A DNA stretch of 63,987 nucleotides from Aplysia californica (lineage: Eukaryota): assembly GCF_000002075.1 (NCBI RefSeq), contig NW_004797297.1, positions 243,753-307,739 of the forward strand, given 5' to 3'. Shown here piece after piece: positions 1-14,100 of the stretch. The position numbers were made by a program, and so were the translations under genes. The notes under the pieces were generated by a model. That model was given only the letters and a program-made list of their open reading frames with translations. It did not search any database and was not told the origin of the DNA. How positions within the stretch are numbered: the stretch's first letter is position 1; every line of letters begins with the position of its first letter.

Positions 1-499
1 CGCATTTATCAGTGTACTAACAGAGCCTCCAAAGGAGCCCTTCTTTCATTTCATTGGTAAGAAGAGTAAGAATAAGACTGATAAGAATTTAGACAAATTA
101 GATCTAGAGCTAGACCCAGATCTCTGTTTTGAAGAAAATATTCGAAGAGATTAAGAGTCTGGTCTGATCAGTGCCTACCTTTCAGTTAATTGATATCAGA
201 TGTAACCACTGCAATTTTGCCTCGTCTTTGTGTTTAATTACTTACATGTCACGGGTCTGCCAAACCCGATGTTTGGCGCGTTTTCTTCAGATAAACCCTT
301 TATTTGACCGCGACAACTACCGTGTTCCCCCGTATGACCCTATCATGTTTAATATCGTTGTTCTTCCAAGTTCTTCTTCTTTCAAATCCCTAAACAATCA
401 AGACGATCAAGATCTGTGTATTTTTGACAGTTGAGCAACCATGTGCAGAACGGAGGACTCGTCTTCCTGCAAATTTTGGATCGCCTTTGACAAAACGAA

Positions 500-660
500 T
501 CCCCGTTTCTAAAAATAATAACATGACGTCAATACTCCGTTGCAGAAAGCCGCGCGACATGTAACCTCCAACAGTAGTTTATGATCACCGCTGTTTCTTC
601 TTTCAATTCGACAGCCGTTTGACTCTTTTTATCCATCACTCCTTTCACTGACAGAACCAT
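500..660. promoter_or_regulatory. Candidate (possibly bidirectional) promoter with a perfect CRE
   Basis: TGACGTCA at 524-531 in locally CpG-rich sequence; minus-strand GTAAGT donor at 245-240 to the left. Confidence 0.3.
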
Positions 661-974
661 GCGATTCACTTTTGTATTTGACCAGATTTAGTTCTGTTTC
701 TGAACCCTCTTGGTTTTTGTGTAGGCCACAAAGCAAGTACAAGTAATCCGAGTTTCTCTCTTTGAAGATAAAGGCTAATGTGTGGTTCGGTATTAGAAGT
801 AGTTTTCACTCTCATAATCACGTTTTACATTTTAGTTCACGTTTATTCCCTGTGTTTTTCCGTACAGTTCCCATATTGTGTGTCATTATTTTGTAAGGAG
901 TGAAGATAAAAAGAGTGAGAGAGAAAGGGAGAGAAAAGGAGATTGTGAAAAAGAGAGAGAAATAAAGAGAAGGA

Positions 975-1007
<33 letters not shown>

Positions 1008-1213
1008 NNNNNNNNNNNNNNNNNNNNNNNNNNNNNNNNNNNNNNNNNNNNNNNNNNNNNNNNNNNNNNNNNNNNNNNNNNNNNNNNNNNNNNNNNNNNN
1101 NNNNNNNGGGGTCAATTGGCGCTTGAGACTGATGTTTGGCGGTCAGTCTCGTGGGGTTTGCTGCTTTTGCGTTTCTTCATTCTCGCCATAATCCTTACAT
1201 TTGCTGTAGCAGT

Positions 1214-1622
1214 CACCCCCCGGGGCGGTACTACTAACTGAAGTGTCTGTTGGCCATTCCCAAAGGGGATGCACAGTAGAATTGTAAACAGGCTGATTCA
1301 TCAATGTCATGCCCATAACTGTGCCTAAACTGCAACAGGGAAATGCTGCTTTTTAATTTCCTGATCCTTACTATCGTCATTTCCCCTCTACTTCTTTTGT
1401 ATTTTGTCACACTCCTGTGGCCCGCTATTTCCTGGGTGCCTTAATAGATCTAGTCGAAGCAGACTTTGTGCTGTTGACGCTAGAGATGTAAGCAGAGTAA
1501 GCCTGATTTCCTGTAAGGACTTCTCTGTTGACATCCACCCCTTGGCGGCGCTCATATGACCTTATGCTGTTGCGAACGCCGTAAAACCTTTACTAAAACT
1601 AAAACGAATAAAACAAACAAAA
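1214..1622 (+). mobile_element. Retroposon family B copy (probable 5'-truncated LINE 3' end)
   Basis: 11-bp TSD gctgtagcagt (1203-1213, 1623-1633); homologous to 17316-17668; ends in the shared ATATGACC...GTAAAAC-TACTAAAAC tail. Confidence 0.75.
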
Positions 1623-1720
1623 GCTGTAGCAGTTTTCGCACATTCTCGGTGTTAAATTTCATTGCTCAAAGATAGCATCCATCTTCTCTCTTTGGCAACT
1701 GCACGAGAGAGAGAGGGGGG

Positions 1721-1753
<33 letters not shown>

Positions 1754-2003
1754 AGGGGGGTAGATGCGTGGAGACAAAGAGAGGGAGAGAAAAAGAAAGG
1801 GGGTACAAAGATGAAAAATCAATCTTGCTTTTCCTGTTAGCCTGTTAGCTTTTCTGAGGAGCAGTAGACTCCATATAATATGAATCCTTTTCAAACCCAA
1901 AATAGAGGTAGATTTGAATTGTAAGGACACATGCACGTTTGCGTACTCATGAGTGTGTTTGTATGTTCGTTCGTTTTTGCAGGCGAGCGCGTTTGTGTGT
2001 ATA

Positions 2004-2004
<1 letters not shown>

Positions 2005-2088
<84 letters not shown>
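2005..2088. repeat. (TG)n(GA)n compound microsatellite
   Basis: Read directly. Other microsatellites: (GA)n 978-1007, (GCA)n 3380-3413, (GAT)n 47875-47947, (TAA)n 55848-55920. Confidence 0.95.
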
Positions 2089-2091
<3 letters not shown>

Positions 2092-2113
2092 CGTGCACAC
2101 TGGTCAGTATGTG

Positions 2114-2296
2114 CAGTATAACACGGATGGCTCGAATTCGCCGGGGGCCGGCCTCGGTAGTTTTGAGGGATCCGTAGTTCGAGGGATATCTTACAAAGAT
2201 AAAGAAGAAAAGAAACAAACAAATGGGGACCACAGGCACAGTTCGACGGATGCATGATTTCGAGTCTTCTGCGTTCGACCTATCCGTGTTATGCTG
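2114..2296. mobile_element. Tc1/mariner (Tigger/pogo-like) MITE family 1
   Basis: TIR cagtataacacggat / atccgtgttatgctg; second copy in opposite orientation at 9578-9755. Confidence 0.75.
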
Positions 2297-3379
2297 TATA
2301 TATAATATATAAAAAGTTTACATCAATTACATTAAGTAACGAGATGTAGTAAATATAAGATGACTCGGTGCCATCGTTGAGCAGTGATTTTGTTGCGAAA
2401 CCTGTCGTCAGCTTCTATTTTACCCACGCAAACCCCCGCAAGGTTATGATAATACATGTAGGTTATATTATGTAAATGTGACTCGGGGACGGCGTTTTCC
2501 TTAGCTTACTCGCAGCACTATTATTGAGCTTTAGAGAGATAAGAGTGTTCTCAGCTGACGCTTATCTTAGCAGACGTTTATTTGTAGTCCGAGGTGCCTC
2601 GCAGCCCCTGACCGTAAATTCTAGATCGGAACTGTATGTTGTAAGGAGGTTATGTGTCCTTGACTCCCACTCCTGTAGTTGGTGATAGAAAGTGGCCCTG
2701 AGTATAGATTCAATTTTGGAGAATTCAAATGGAACGCTTTTCACTGCTTCTCCGCTCCGTTTGATGACAAGTGTATATATCTGTATGTGCGGTGAATTTA
2801 TGCTGACTAATATAAGTCGCGGCACGAACTTTGGCTTTAACTTTAAGAATTCGTTGCTGTCAACAGATTACACGGATAGGTAATGGTTGATTGCGATAAA
2901 TGCTTTTTTTTTCCTCTCACGTATGTTTTCCTCCTTATTCTATTCAGACCTTTTCCCCGATTTCCCCCCCTTTTGTTTGTTCTGTATCTCTTAAATGGAT
3001 GTGTTCACGATCTGGTGGTAAGCTTTCAGGTACATCTAGTGACTATCTCCTGCGATAAGCCTTGCTCAAGAAAAGGTAGTGGATCATCATGAACTAATTT
3101 CTTAGGCGAATCATTATTTTTCTCTTGTTTTCGGTTGATATAATACATGAAGTACTGTTTTTTGTTTGTTTGTTTGTTTGTTGTTAAATACCGAATCGTT
3201 GTCACATGGCGTCCTGTAACTTGTTACCCTTGGTAGAATCATCGTCACTATTGTAAGTAAGATATTATATTATATCATATATATACTGTCATATCATATT
3301 AATATGTTATAGCAACAGCAGCAGCAATAAGCTATGTAGTAGTAGTAGTGGTGGTGGTGGTGGTAGCGGTGATGGTAGT

Positions 3380-3414
<35 letters not shown>

Positions 3415-3630
3415 TAAAATAAGTAGATCTTTGTAGGGGAAACATGTGCGTGGATGCTATAGAGACGTTACGGAAAGGCTGTGGCGGCGCGGTTGGGGGG
3501 GGGGGGGGGGCGGTTACTGGAATACGAGGGATGAGCAGTACTTTGCGTGATAAATTCAAGGTCCTCTGATCGTGGCTTGTCGATGTTTAAGCCACTGAGA
3601 ATTTTGTGAGATCCCAAGTTCCAAGTCCTG

Positions 3631-3815
3631 TGTGTGGTTGGTGGGTGCTCTGGTGTGGTTTTCTCCTTCTTTTCTATCAAACATACATGTATATCGTCCT
3701 TATCTCCCCTTCTTTTTTATGTTTGTTACTCTCTTGTAACACCTCTAATCTTATGGGGCTCATATATGATTTTATGCAGTTGTGAGCGTCGTAAAACCTC
3801 TACTAAAACTAAAAC
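3631..3815 (+). mobile_element. SINE-like family A copy
   Basis: 14-bp TSD agttccaagtcctg (3617-3630, 3816-3829); one of 9 copies in the window. Confidence 0.85.
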
Positions 3816-4974
3816 AGTTCCAAGTCCTGATTGATTCTCTTTGATTGGGTTTGTCTTAAATGGGTTTTTAGACTATCTCAATATACTGAAGCTGCAATTC
3901 GGAGGCTCCATTGTGGTAGGACTGTTGAAATTTTGGCGAAGGCTGTGCAAGAATCTTTCTGTACTGAATACTGAATACCTATAGTTATTAAATCTAGCTA
4001 TTGTAATAGGGCTTAGGATGATGGTAGTTTGACGTACATATAGGGCTGGACAGACTTTTTACAATATTACATGAGATGAGGTAAATGACGTTTTTCGTTT
4101 CACATGTGGTACTATGAGAAATATTGGGTTTTTTTAAATTGGGGGACCTTTTACAAAGCTAGTCACTTTCATGTATGCACCTGCATTATTTCCATATTTT
4201 TTCATCATTATTGTCATCAACAGCAGAGTTTGTAAACATCCTCAGCGTCGGTATCATCGTCAACAATACCATAATCGTCGTCATGGCCATTAGCATCATC
4301 ATCATCATCGTCNNNNNNNNNNNNNNNNNNNNNNNNNNNNNNNNNNNNNNNNNNNNNNNNNNNNNNNNNNNNNNNNNNNNNNNNNNNNNNNNNNNNNNNN
4401 NNNNNNNNNNNNNNNNNNNNNNNNNNNNNNNNNNNNNNNNNNNNNNNNNNNNNNNNNNNNNNNNNNNNNNNNNNNNNNNNNNNNNNNNNNNNNNNNNNNN
4501 NNNNNNNNNNNNNNNNNNNNNNNNNNNNNNNNNNNNNNNNNNNNNNNNNNNNNTCATTCTCGTGATTGCCAGTTCGTTGTCACTTGTGTCACTACTCCCC
4601 ATTATCATCTTCATTATCAGCAAAAAACATCTACAGCTTTATCATCAATACCATTGTTATCGTCTCTAGTTTCACCATTATCATCATCATCATCATCATC
4701 ATTATTATCATCTTTGTACGTGTGAAAAATGGAAACAAGGCTACTATACTTCATGTACTTTGGGCTTGTTCTAAAGGTAGTCCTTTTGAATGGAAGGTCC
4801 TACTTGTTTTCTTTCCCTTTGTTATTTTTTGTCCATCTAAGTTGCCTTCTCCTTGAACTGAATGGCAGTTATTGCATCGACTTTCGTCTTCTATTTATTC
4901 AAACAAACAATCAAACAAGATGCCGTTATGTAATCAGGTCTTGTCAATGTGTTCCCAGAACGAACCCAGACACC

Positions 4975-5171
4975 ATGGTGCGAGTAGCAGTGATAGGCGC
5001 AGGTATGGTGGGCCTTTGCTCAGCCATCAACGTCCAGAAGGAGCTACCGGAGGCTGAAGTGACGGTCATCGCAGACAAGTTCTCCACAGACACCACCAGC
5101 TTTGGGGCCGGGGGATTTTTCCGTCCATTTATGCCAGACATCGCAAAGGGTGTGGATCTTAAAGTCGCTGA
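4975..5171 (+). CDS. DDO: DDO-like coding exon 1 ([17 protein letters not shown]...DLKVA)
   Basis: Kozak acaccATGG; acceptor ttcccag at 4957-4958 implies an upstream non-coding exon; donor GA|gtgagt, phase 2; FAD-binding GxGxxG. Confidence 0.93.
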
Positions 5172-8100
5172 GTGAGTTATTGTGTTATACGCAAGAATGG
5201 AAAACATTTGCACCTCTTAAAGCTTTGGCTTGTTTCTCCTTTACCGCGCATTTTCAAATCAGAGCCTCTGTATTATCGCCTCTGTATTTTCATAATTAGC
5301 TGGCCTTGATTCACTTCATCTGTCAGCTGAGAAGGAAACTAAGGGTAAAAATCGTAGAAAATATTTGTGTCATCGATTATTTTATTGTAACTGACATTGA
5401 TGCATACCTTTAATATTAACGACATTTTTAAATCCCAGGTACACTCTTTTTTTTTGGATGTGGAAACATCATTTTTGGTCCCATAGATGTTTTAGTTTTA
5501 TTTATATAAAAATGGGACAGTTTAGAAGCATGTTTTTAAGAACACTTTTTACTTTTTTTCCAGGGTTGGTCCATATTCCCTTTCCACTAGGGTATCTGCT
5601 TGGAGTGGAGGGAGATGACAGAGTCATTAATGGGTTTGAACTAATGCCTAATTTTGAGGTTGAAAGATACAGTGTCTGTCTTTGACTGAAACCCCTGATC
5701 ATATTCTTCATTGATGATTTTGTTTACAACACATGAAGTGTCAAGACTTGACAGTAGGGACAATCGCTGATCTCTGGAGGGGGAGGTGGGGTGTCACTAA
5801 GTTTTTTTTATTCTGCTACTTTCTGTCAAGAGATTTAGATGGGAGAATTTGAAGACAGAGAAAAAGAAGAAGTGGTTTGAAGTCCAGAAATAAATTATTG
5901 TTAACAACAGGTAGTCTTCCTGAAAATATTTCTTGACTGTTTGGCTGCTTTATTTATGCTGTTCTGATTCATAGTAGGATCATGCTTTGCTTATAAACTG
6001 CTTTCATTTCTTAAGGTGGCAAAGGTCACCTGCATATTATTTTATAGGCTTTTCCTTTATATTGTTTCACCGCAGAATGTTTCTGTTCTAGAGAGAAAAT
6101 TATATTATTCTTAGGTAATATTTAATTTTGACTCTGAATTTTTCCATTCTTTAAATATGTTTTTAAAATGCTTTTATTTGCTTCCTAGAAGAGAATCCTG
6201 TCACAATCATCTGTGAATGCCTTGGCCCACAACTGATGGAAATGGAGAATTGATTTTTTTTTTCAGGTCTCATTTTACTGTATTGAAAGACATTTGGAGC
6301 TGATTGTTATTATACTTTGACTTTGATATGTGACCTTTAAAACTATACGACCTTTTGCATCTTGTAAATGATACCAGGTTGTTCTTCAGCTGTTTGACTA
6401 TGTTTTTATCCATCTCTGCTGAAACAGAAACAGTTCTGGAAGAAAGTGTTTGATGTTATATATACATTTTTATCTTAGGATAATATATGAAAGAAAGATA
6501 AAGAAATGGAGCGAAACATGCTCACTTCCACAAGTTAAAAATAGACTGAGAAACTGAGAAAGTTTGATGAAGGGAGAGAAAGAATGTTAGAGAGAGAATG
6601 TGACACTTGGAGTATGTTTGTTTGTGTGTATTCCTTCGCTTATTTGTGTTAATGATAAGTGTCTTGTCTTTGCATGTAAAAGACGAGCTCAATTTCAACT
6701 GGGGAAAATGGTTTATTTTTATTGAGCATTTCCATTTTTTTGCGGGATTGTAATGTCATATACAGTCGTACCTGTGCGAGAGGATCATTCATTGTTGAGG
6801 AGAACAGTGGTCTTCTTAGACAGACGGTCCTCTTGGACTATGTATTTAATATAGAAAAAATGCATTATATGGGAAGTGGTTGATTCCACAGATGACTGTC
6901 TTGAACATTCAACTGTATTTCTTAAGCCAGTCCTGACTAGCGAGGTAGAAACACGGTAAACGATGATTTATTCTTAACCTGCTTTATTTTATTTTCTTCC
7001 AGGTACACCATTTTGATCTATCATGATTGCATGTTTCTATCTAGGTGTCACTGTGCCTTTGCTTCCTGAGTAGGACCACAAAAAAAACCACCTTTATGTA
7101 TGTCTGATGCTGTCTCTGTTTTTGAGGGGTCTTCTATAACAATCTACTACTATAGTGCGGTCTGAAATTTGTGGCGCAACTTATCCTCAAATATCTCTTT
7201 ATGTTAACGGGTGAATCAGTGTCACCCATACTTTACCCAGTAGTTTTTATCAATTTTGTCTCAATTTAATTAATTATAGTTTCCCTTAACAATTGAGGCA
7301 AAATAATTTTAAACATTCATAAATCTATTTAAAAATGAGATATTGTGACAGGAAGATGCCTTGCTTTGATGCTGTCATTCTTGACTTCGTTGCATACCAG
7401 TGAGAAAGTTTTGTGCCACATCATTAATTGCACTCAAGATGCTAAAAACATGAGTTACATAAACATAGTCAAAGTGTCGTGATTAGAAGAACTAGGACCA
7501 ACTTGTTTTTAAAAGTGCTTTTTTCCTAGCTCATAGGATGTCAACCTTTTAAAATCTGTTGAAACTATCGACTAAGATATTCTATTGGCATTTATTCTGG
7601 AATTTTCTCAAAATCGGCGCTTAAATGTTTTTAAAAAATATTCATCTGTTGAGACAAATTGATATAAGTCATTGTGTAAAAGTTGGAGAGTCTGTGTTCG
7701 ATAGTTGAGGAAATATTTGACAATAAGTTGTCCCACAAATTTTTGACTACACTCTTCATGTTGTCTTTTTCTCATTAACACAACTCTAACGCTAAGGCTG
7801 ATGCTGATGTGTAACTTTTTAAATTTAGAATTAAAGATGACATTAGAATATGAAACTGTACGCAGACAAAAGCAATAGATCTTCTGTATTCCTTAAAGGC
7901 AGTGGGGATCAAGAAGCATTAATTGAAAAGGGTATGTAATTAGAATATTATTATGTTCATTGATTTTTTAAAACTTTGATAGAGATACCATGATCACTCT
8001 TTTTTATGGACCTCGAGAATCAGAAAGTCATAATGAGGATTCTTTGAGATAGAATGCCTTGTGGTACAAAGTAAACAAAGCAAGTTTCTGGAGACATAAT

Positions 8101-11100
8101 CATTGTTTAGATGATGGCTGCAATTGCTGGAGCATAGGATGTTTCTGTTGCAAGATGATTGAGTAGTTTTCTCTTAGTATCATTTTACTGAGATCAAACT
8201 GCACTTTTTAATGTTTGGATAGGAAGTTAACAATACCTCAAACTTAAATACACTATCTTTTTTTATAGTGGAAAGTTATGGAAACTGTAACTAACAAACC
8301 TTCTTTCATTTTTTTGTAGTTTCCTTCATTTACGATTCTGATTTTTTCTTCATAATTTGTGACAATTGAATACTGACAAATTCGAAACATTGTGCTGAAA
8401 TCAGTCTCTCGTCAAATTAATAAAATTAAACAAATCTGCATTTTTTCACCAGTTTGGCAATTTTTATTGAATTATTCTTGTTGTTAGCTAAACACCTTTT
8501 ATATAAATTTCAACCCACATTTCTTAGTAGGTTTTATAGAAAAACATTAATTAATGTCATTAAAAATGTTTAATTTTCAGTTTCAAAGTACTCCCAAGCT
8601 ATAGAAGTCATAAAACTTTGACAGTCATGGTCTCGCTAACTTTACCTCTGAAATCAGGTGACCCCCACCTCTGTAAATTGCAAATATGTCTCATCTCCTG
8701 TTTCAAAATAAATGAGTATTTTTTCCATTGAAAGTAAGACAAATGAACAAATTTTAAGATGATACCAATAACTCCACTTGCCCAAAAACTGGCGAGCGCC
8801 TGATTCCACTGCATTGTGACACATTGTATTTATGCTAACCATTGAACCTTAGAGCTCTAACATAATTTTGTCCTTTTATATATATTCATATTTTTACTAA
8901 CGTCCTAAGAGAAAAAGTAGTTTCTTCACAACAATATGAAGGTCCTACATGTAAAAAAAAATATTCTTGGAACTGTCTACTCATTTGACATTGTGGGAAC
9001 ATTTTCAAAAGGAAAATTTGATCATACAAGATATTCAACTTTTTCAAATGAAATGGCACAAAACTCATACAGGTATCCATAAGGATTCCAATTTTGGGAT
9101 AATTATCTTGGTTTTTCTTTCAGTGACTTTACCTCATTTTAACTCATCAATAATCATAGGTCTGTAAACGTAAAAAATCTTTAACTTGTTATGGCAAAAG
9201 CTCATTGTATGCCTATTTTGTAGTCTGCAAATAAAAGCAAAATGTGATCTTTACTTCTGAACTCATGAACTCATATGATAAATAAAACTAAGACAGCTTG
9301 CATTTCGGAAAATTAGATTTGTTTTAAAAATATTGAGAGAATATATTGTACTGCCCCCATTTCATGTATGTTGGCATAATTTTTAAAAAGAATTTTCCGT
9401 GTTTTATTTTCCATGTTAGGTATATTTTATTGATCTGTAAGCATTTAGCTATTCTGTAACTGTTACAAAGTTCAGGGAGCCAACGTGTGTGCATGCACAT
9501 GCTCTCTGTTCTGTGGACAGTGAGCCACAACTTATCTAGCCCTCTCCGAGTCAACTCATTTTCCTCATAGTGTGATACAGTATAATGCAGACAGGTCGAA
9601 CACAGAATACTTGACAATACTTGAAGTTCCGTCGAACTGTGCCTGCGGCCCCTTTTTAAAAAAATTGTTTTTCTTTGTAAGACATTCCTCAAACTAGGGG
9701 TCCCTCTATCCACCGAGGCTGGTCCCGCCGAATTCGAGCTGTCTGTGTTATACTGTATGTGGTTCTCTTAAAACAGTTACGTTGGTTGGCATCAGATCTC
9801 CAAATACATGCTTGAGAAAGTCTTGATACTTTCAAAAGTGCAGCTTATAATCAATCCTCTGTAGTGAATAAGATTACGACAACTTGTATTTTAGAACATT
9901 AGTTTGTATACTTACAAGTTCGCTCTTTCCTTCACTTTTGTGTTGATGACAAGCGCGTTGTCTTTGAATGTAAACAAGTATCTCATTACTTTTTCCCAAA
10001 AAGAGAAAATATGGGTTTGCAGGTAGGAATGGGGGAGGGTATCTTGTACTTTTTGAATGCCCAAAATATCTTCTTTTTTTCTATTGTTTGTTATTCAGTA
10101 TGTCTTATAGTATGCTTGACATGTAATTTTAACATACATTTGGAGATTTGCCATGTAATCTAGAGATACTTGTAGTAAGAGAGCTGGCGTATGTAAGCAT
10201 ATTTTGAGACTCATCCCAGTGAAAAGGAACTGTAGAAATTTGAAGTATTATCATCATTTATTTTAATTCTGTTTTAAAGAATCAGTTCGAAGTTAGCTAT
10301 TTGGTCAGTTGACATCATGCAGGACTGTTGTGCAGGCTATCCCAGTTTAAATCCATGAGTCGCTCATAACCATGGTTGGTTATAATTATAGGAGTTTCCT
10401 TTGCTCTTCATTGTCTTTCTCAATCCTATTGGATAATGTTAAATTTTTGACTGATCATTTGTGTCACACGATGGGTGGTTGGTGGGTGCTCTGGTATGAT
10501 TTGCTCCTTCTTTCCTATCAAATATCTATCTCCCTCATTTTTGGCACTTATATGACCTAATTGTGTTGCAAGTGCTATTAAACTCTTATCGAAACCCCCA
10601 AAAAACTGTGTCACACCACTTGTGTTTATTTAACTTAATTTTTCAAAACCTGGTTTTAATAATGACTTTGTACAATTTCAGGCAGTGGGTGAGAGACTCA
10701 TGGAAGTATTATGCCAGCCTTGCTCGGTCCGATCTGGCAAAGGAGACGGGGCAGACACTGGTGCCAGGAATGATCGCCTACAGGACGCCACAGGTGAGAG
10801 CCGTCTGGAACATGCTTACATTTATTATTGTTTTGTCGTGGGAAGGGGATGAAAACCTATTATTTCAGCTGAGAGATATATACGTGATACTGGAGTTTGT
10901 GCTTGGTCTTTTTATGATAGGCTTTTAGCAGTACAAATAGCGAAGATATATATGCTCTCTGTAAAAAAAAAGTTAAATTGGACACATGTCCCTCAGTACA
11001 TCCTACAAAAGAGACCTTTTTGATTTAACCATAAATACGTTTTGCCGAGCTTCTTTTTTGAAGGCTCAGCTTTGATTGCAAATGACTTGGATGTGACAAG

Positions 11101-14100
11101 ATTTACCATCCATTTGTCATGAATAATAATGATATTATTTTTCTTTCCATTTTCCTCTGGCAGGACCAGCAATATGATCTCCTGAAGGAGCTGGTGGGAG
11201 ATTTCCATCGTGTAGATCTGGAACATTTGCAGAAGTTGAATCTGGACACTTACACGTAAGATTTCGCTTTTTGTTCTGTTCTTTTATTTGTTCATGCCTT
11301 TAAGTGGGGTCAGGAGTAACAAAAAAAATAAAAATAGAGATGAAAACCCCTTTAATGATGGACAAACTGATATGCTGGTGTATTATCTCCTCTTTCCCTG
11401 TCTTTCTTCAACCTTTCTCTTAGTCACAAGCCAAAGTTCCCTGCCCTTTAAATCACCACTTTGTGTGCAGTAATGTTACATTTATAGGTAAAAAAACAGA
11501 ATACAAATGTCTGGTTGCTCATGATCTACTGAAATATATTACGTTTTGGCTTGATGGAGACCAAAGTAGATCAGCAGCCCAGTGGGTTACCAGCGGTGGT
11601 CGCTGCACAGTGCAATGTGAAGAAGAATTTTACTGATCTTTGATACGAATGAGACACTGTCCTATTTGACTATATTCTCTCTCGCACATTTNNNNNNNNN
11701 NNNNNNNNNNNNNNNNNNNNNNNNNNNNNNNNNNNNNNNNNNNNNNNNNNNNNNNNNNNNNNNNNNNNNNNNNNNNNNNNNNNNNNNNNNNNNNNNNNNN
11801 NNNNNNNNNNNNNNNNNNNNNNNNNNNNNNNNNNNNNNNNNNNNNNNNNNNNNNNCCTCTTTCCCTGTCTGCCCCCCTCTCTCTTTTCTATTCTTTTTCC
11901 CTGTCTCCCGTCCCCCCCTTTCTCTTTTTCTCCCTGTCTCTCTCTCATCCTCTGATCCTGCTTAAAAAATATAAACATCATGAATAATGTATATCGCTTG
12001 TTAGTCATTCAGATGTAAGACATGTAGGTCTCTTTTTTTGTTTCTTTTCCCTCCTTTCATTCCATTAAAGGGGAAGGAGTTGTTTGCACAACTCCTGATT
12101 TTCATAGCCCGTAAAGTTTACAACATGACGGTATGTGCTTGTCATGTGGTCGAGTCTCATTACTGAAGAAACAAGGCAAAAATACTTTAACATAAATTAT
12201 AACTCAGTAAATATAAATAAAAACTCGGTAGACGTAAATTAAAACTCTGATGTTATTGTTCTGAGGTAGACCCTCTCTTTTAGAAAGGAAACTAGTCTAA
12301 ATAGAAGAATCTAGATGTACAAATGGTACATACTTTACTGTGAAATTTTATATTATATAAGTGAAAATGTTTTTAACATATTTACTGACAAATTTTTATC
12401 ATTGTCTGTATGTCAGTTTAGTTAATACTGTGGATGGCCGATGATGGTGAAAATCTTTTTGTTGGGCTTACATGACCGAATTGGGTTGATAATAATAAGA
12501 AGAATATTGTCGTGAAAGTTATGCAAACAGGTGTGTTCTATGACACACAATTAGTTTATGGCACAAAGAAGGTGGATTTAAAGTTCATGTGTGTATGATT
12601 AATGAACAAATGGTTTAAATGTTGACCATGTGTAATGTTTATGAGCTGTTTCGTGTGTGTATGTTTTCCTGTCTGTTTGTCTAACTTGTCTGATCACTAT
12701 ATTTGCTTGTTTGTTTGAAGAGGCTTTCTTTCACTCTTTCGAATAGACTAAGATATATCAGGGAGCAGCTGAAATGCTTAGCTAGGTTGTACCTGTAATT
12801 TTTTCTCTTTCTTTATCTTCTCATCCTCATTTGTGTCCTCATTCTCCTCGCTATCGTCTTTGTCATCATCATTATCCTCTTCCTCCCCCTCCATATTTTA
12901 TCGTCCTCTTCTTCTTCTCGTCAGGCCTGCTCTTTTTTGACATGCTGCCAAGATATTTTAATACTTATAGTGTCTCTGAAGTCTTTCATCCTTATTCATG
13001 AAGACAAGGTGCTGAATTCTATCAGAAGATGTTACCCTATGTGTCCTCATATCGTCACAACACAAACTCGGCATAAAAGAAATATATAGCGGTGTAAGAG
13101 GCAAGCTCTATGCCTTTAGAATAGCAAACAGTAGTTGGCTGCAGATGGTGGCTTGAATTTGCATAATTCATGTGTGTGAGTGGTTGGCGGGTGTTCTGGT
13201 GTGGTTTGCTCCTTCTTTCTTATCAAACATCTGTCGTCCTTATCTCCCCTCCTTCTTTTTTGTGTATGTTACTCTCTTGTAACACGTAATCTATTCTTCG
13301 GCACTCATATGACCTTATTGCGTTGCAAATGCTGTAAAACTCTTACTAAAACTAAAAATTATTCATGTGTTTTATGTTTTTTTGTTGTTACCAAAACTGT
13401 TCACAGATATGCGTATGCCTTCACCACTATCATTGTTCAGACACCCAAGTTCCTTGACTGGCTAATGAAAAAGTAAGTTCTTAAGAAGACTTTTATATTG
13501 TCCCTATGAAGACTTTTTGTTGTCTTTTTTTAAAGGAAGTTTTACAATGTCCAAAAAATGAAAAGAAAAAAGCATTTCTGTCTTCCCTTTTTGACATTTT
13601 CAAACAAAAGCACCATTGGAGCAAAAAGACTATATAGATCTATATTCACATTTTCCATGTAAACAAACCTACAAATCAAATCAAATTATTTTTACAAACA
13701 AACCATTGCTGACTTCTATGGTACAATATCCTATTTTAAGCTGGGATTATAAAAATGTGAAGATTTCTGAATTTCATAGATGAATTTCACATTTTGATCT
13801 GAATGATCTCAATTTAGAGAATTTAAAATTGTGTGAGACCTGGAAATGAGAATGAGACCAATTGTAGAGACTCAACTCAGTGAATCCCAGTTTGGCTTCA
13901 GAAAAGGCAGGGGCTGTACTGACGCTATTTTTGCATTATAAGACAGTTGTGTGAGACTGCCTTGGACATGACAAAGGCCTCAATATCCTCTTCACGGATC
14001 GCGAAAAGGCGTTTGACCAGGTAGATAGATGTCAACTTTGGGAAGTCTTAGAGGAATATGGTGTAACAGGACAATAGCTGGAGAACATCATGGCACTTCA

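Noticed and set aside
1652-2257. ORFs of 100-195 aa
   Set aside because: Frames are kept open by (GA)n/(TG)n microsatellites plus a MITE; low-complexity translations.
4729-4974. In-frame upstream extension of DDO exon 1
   Set aside because: Intron-like T-rich sequence with an acceptor at 4957-4958; family homology and Kozak context start at ATG 4975.
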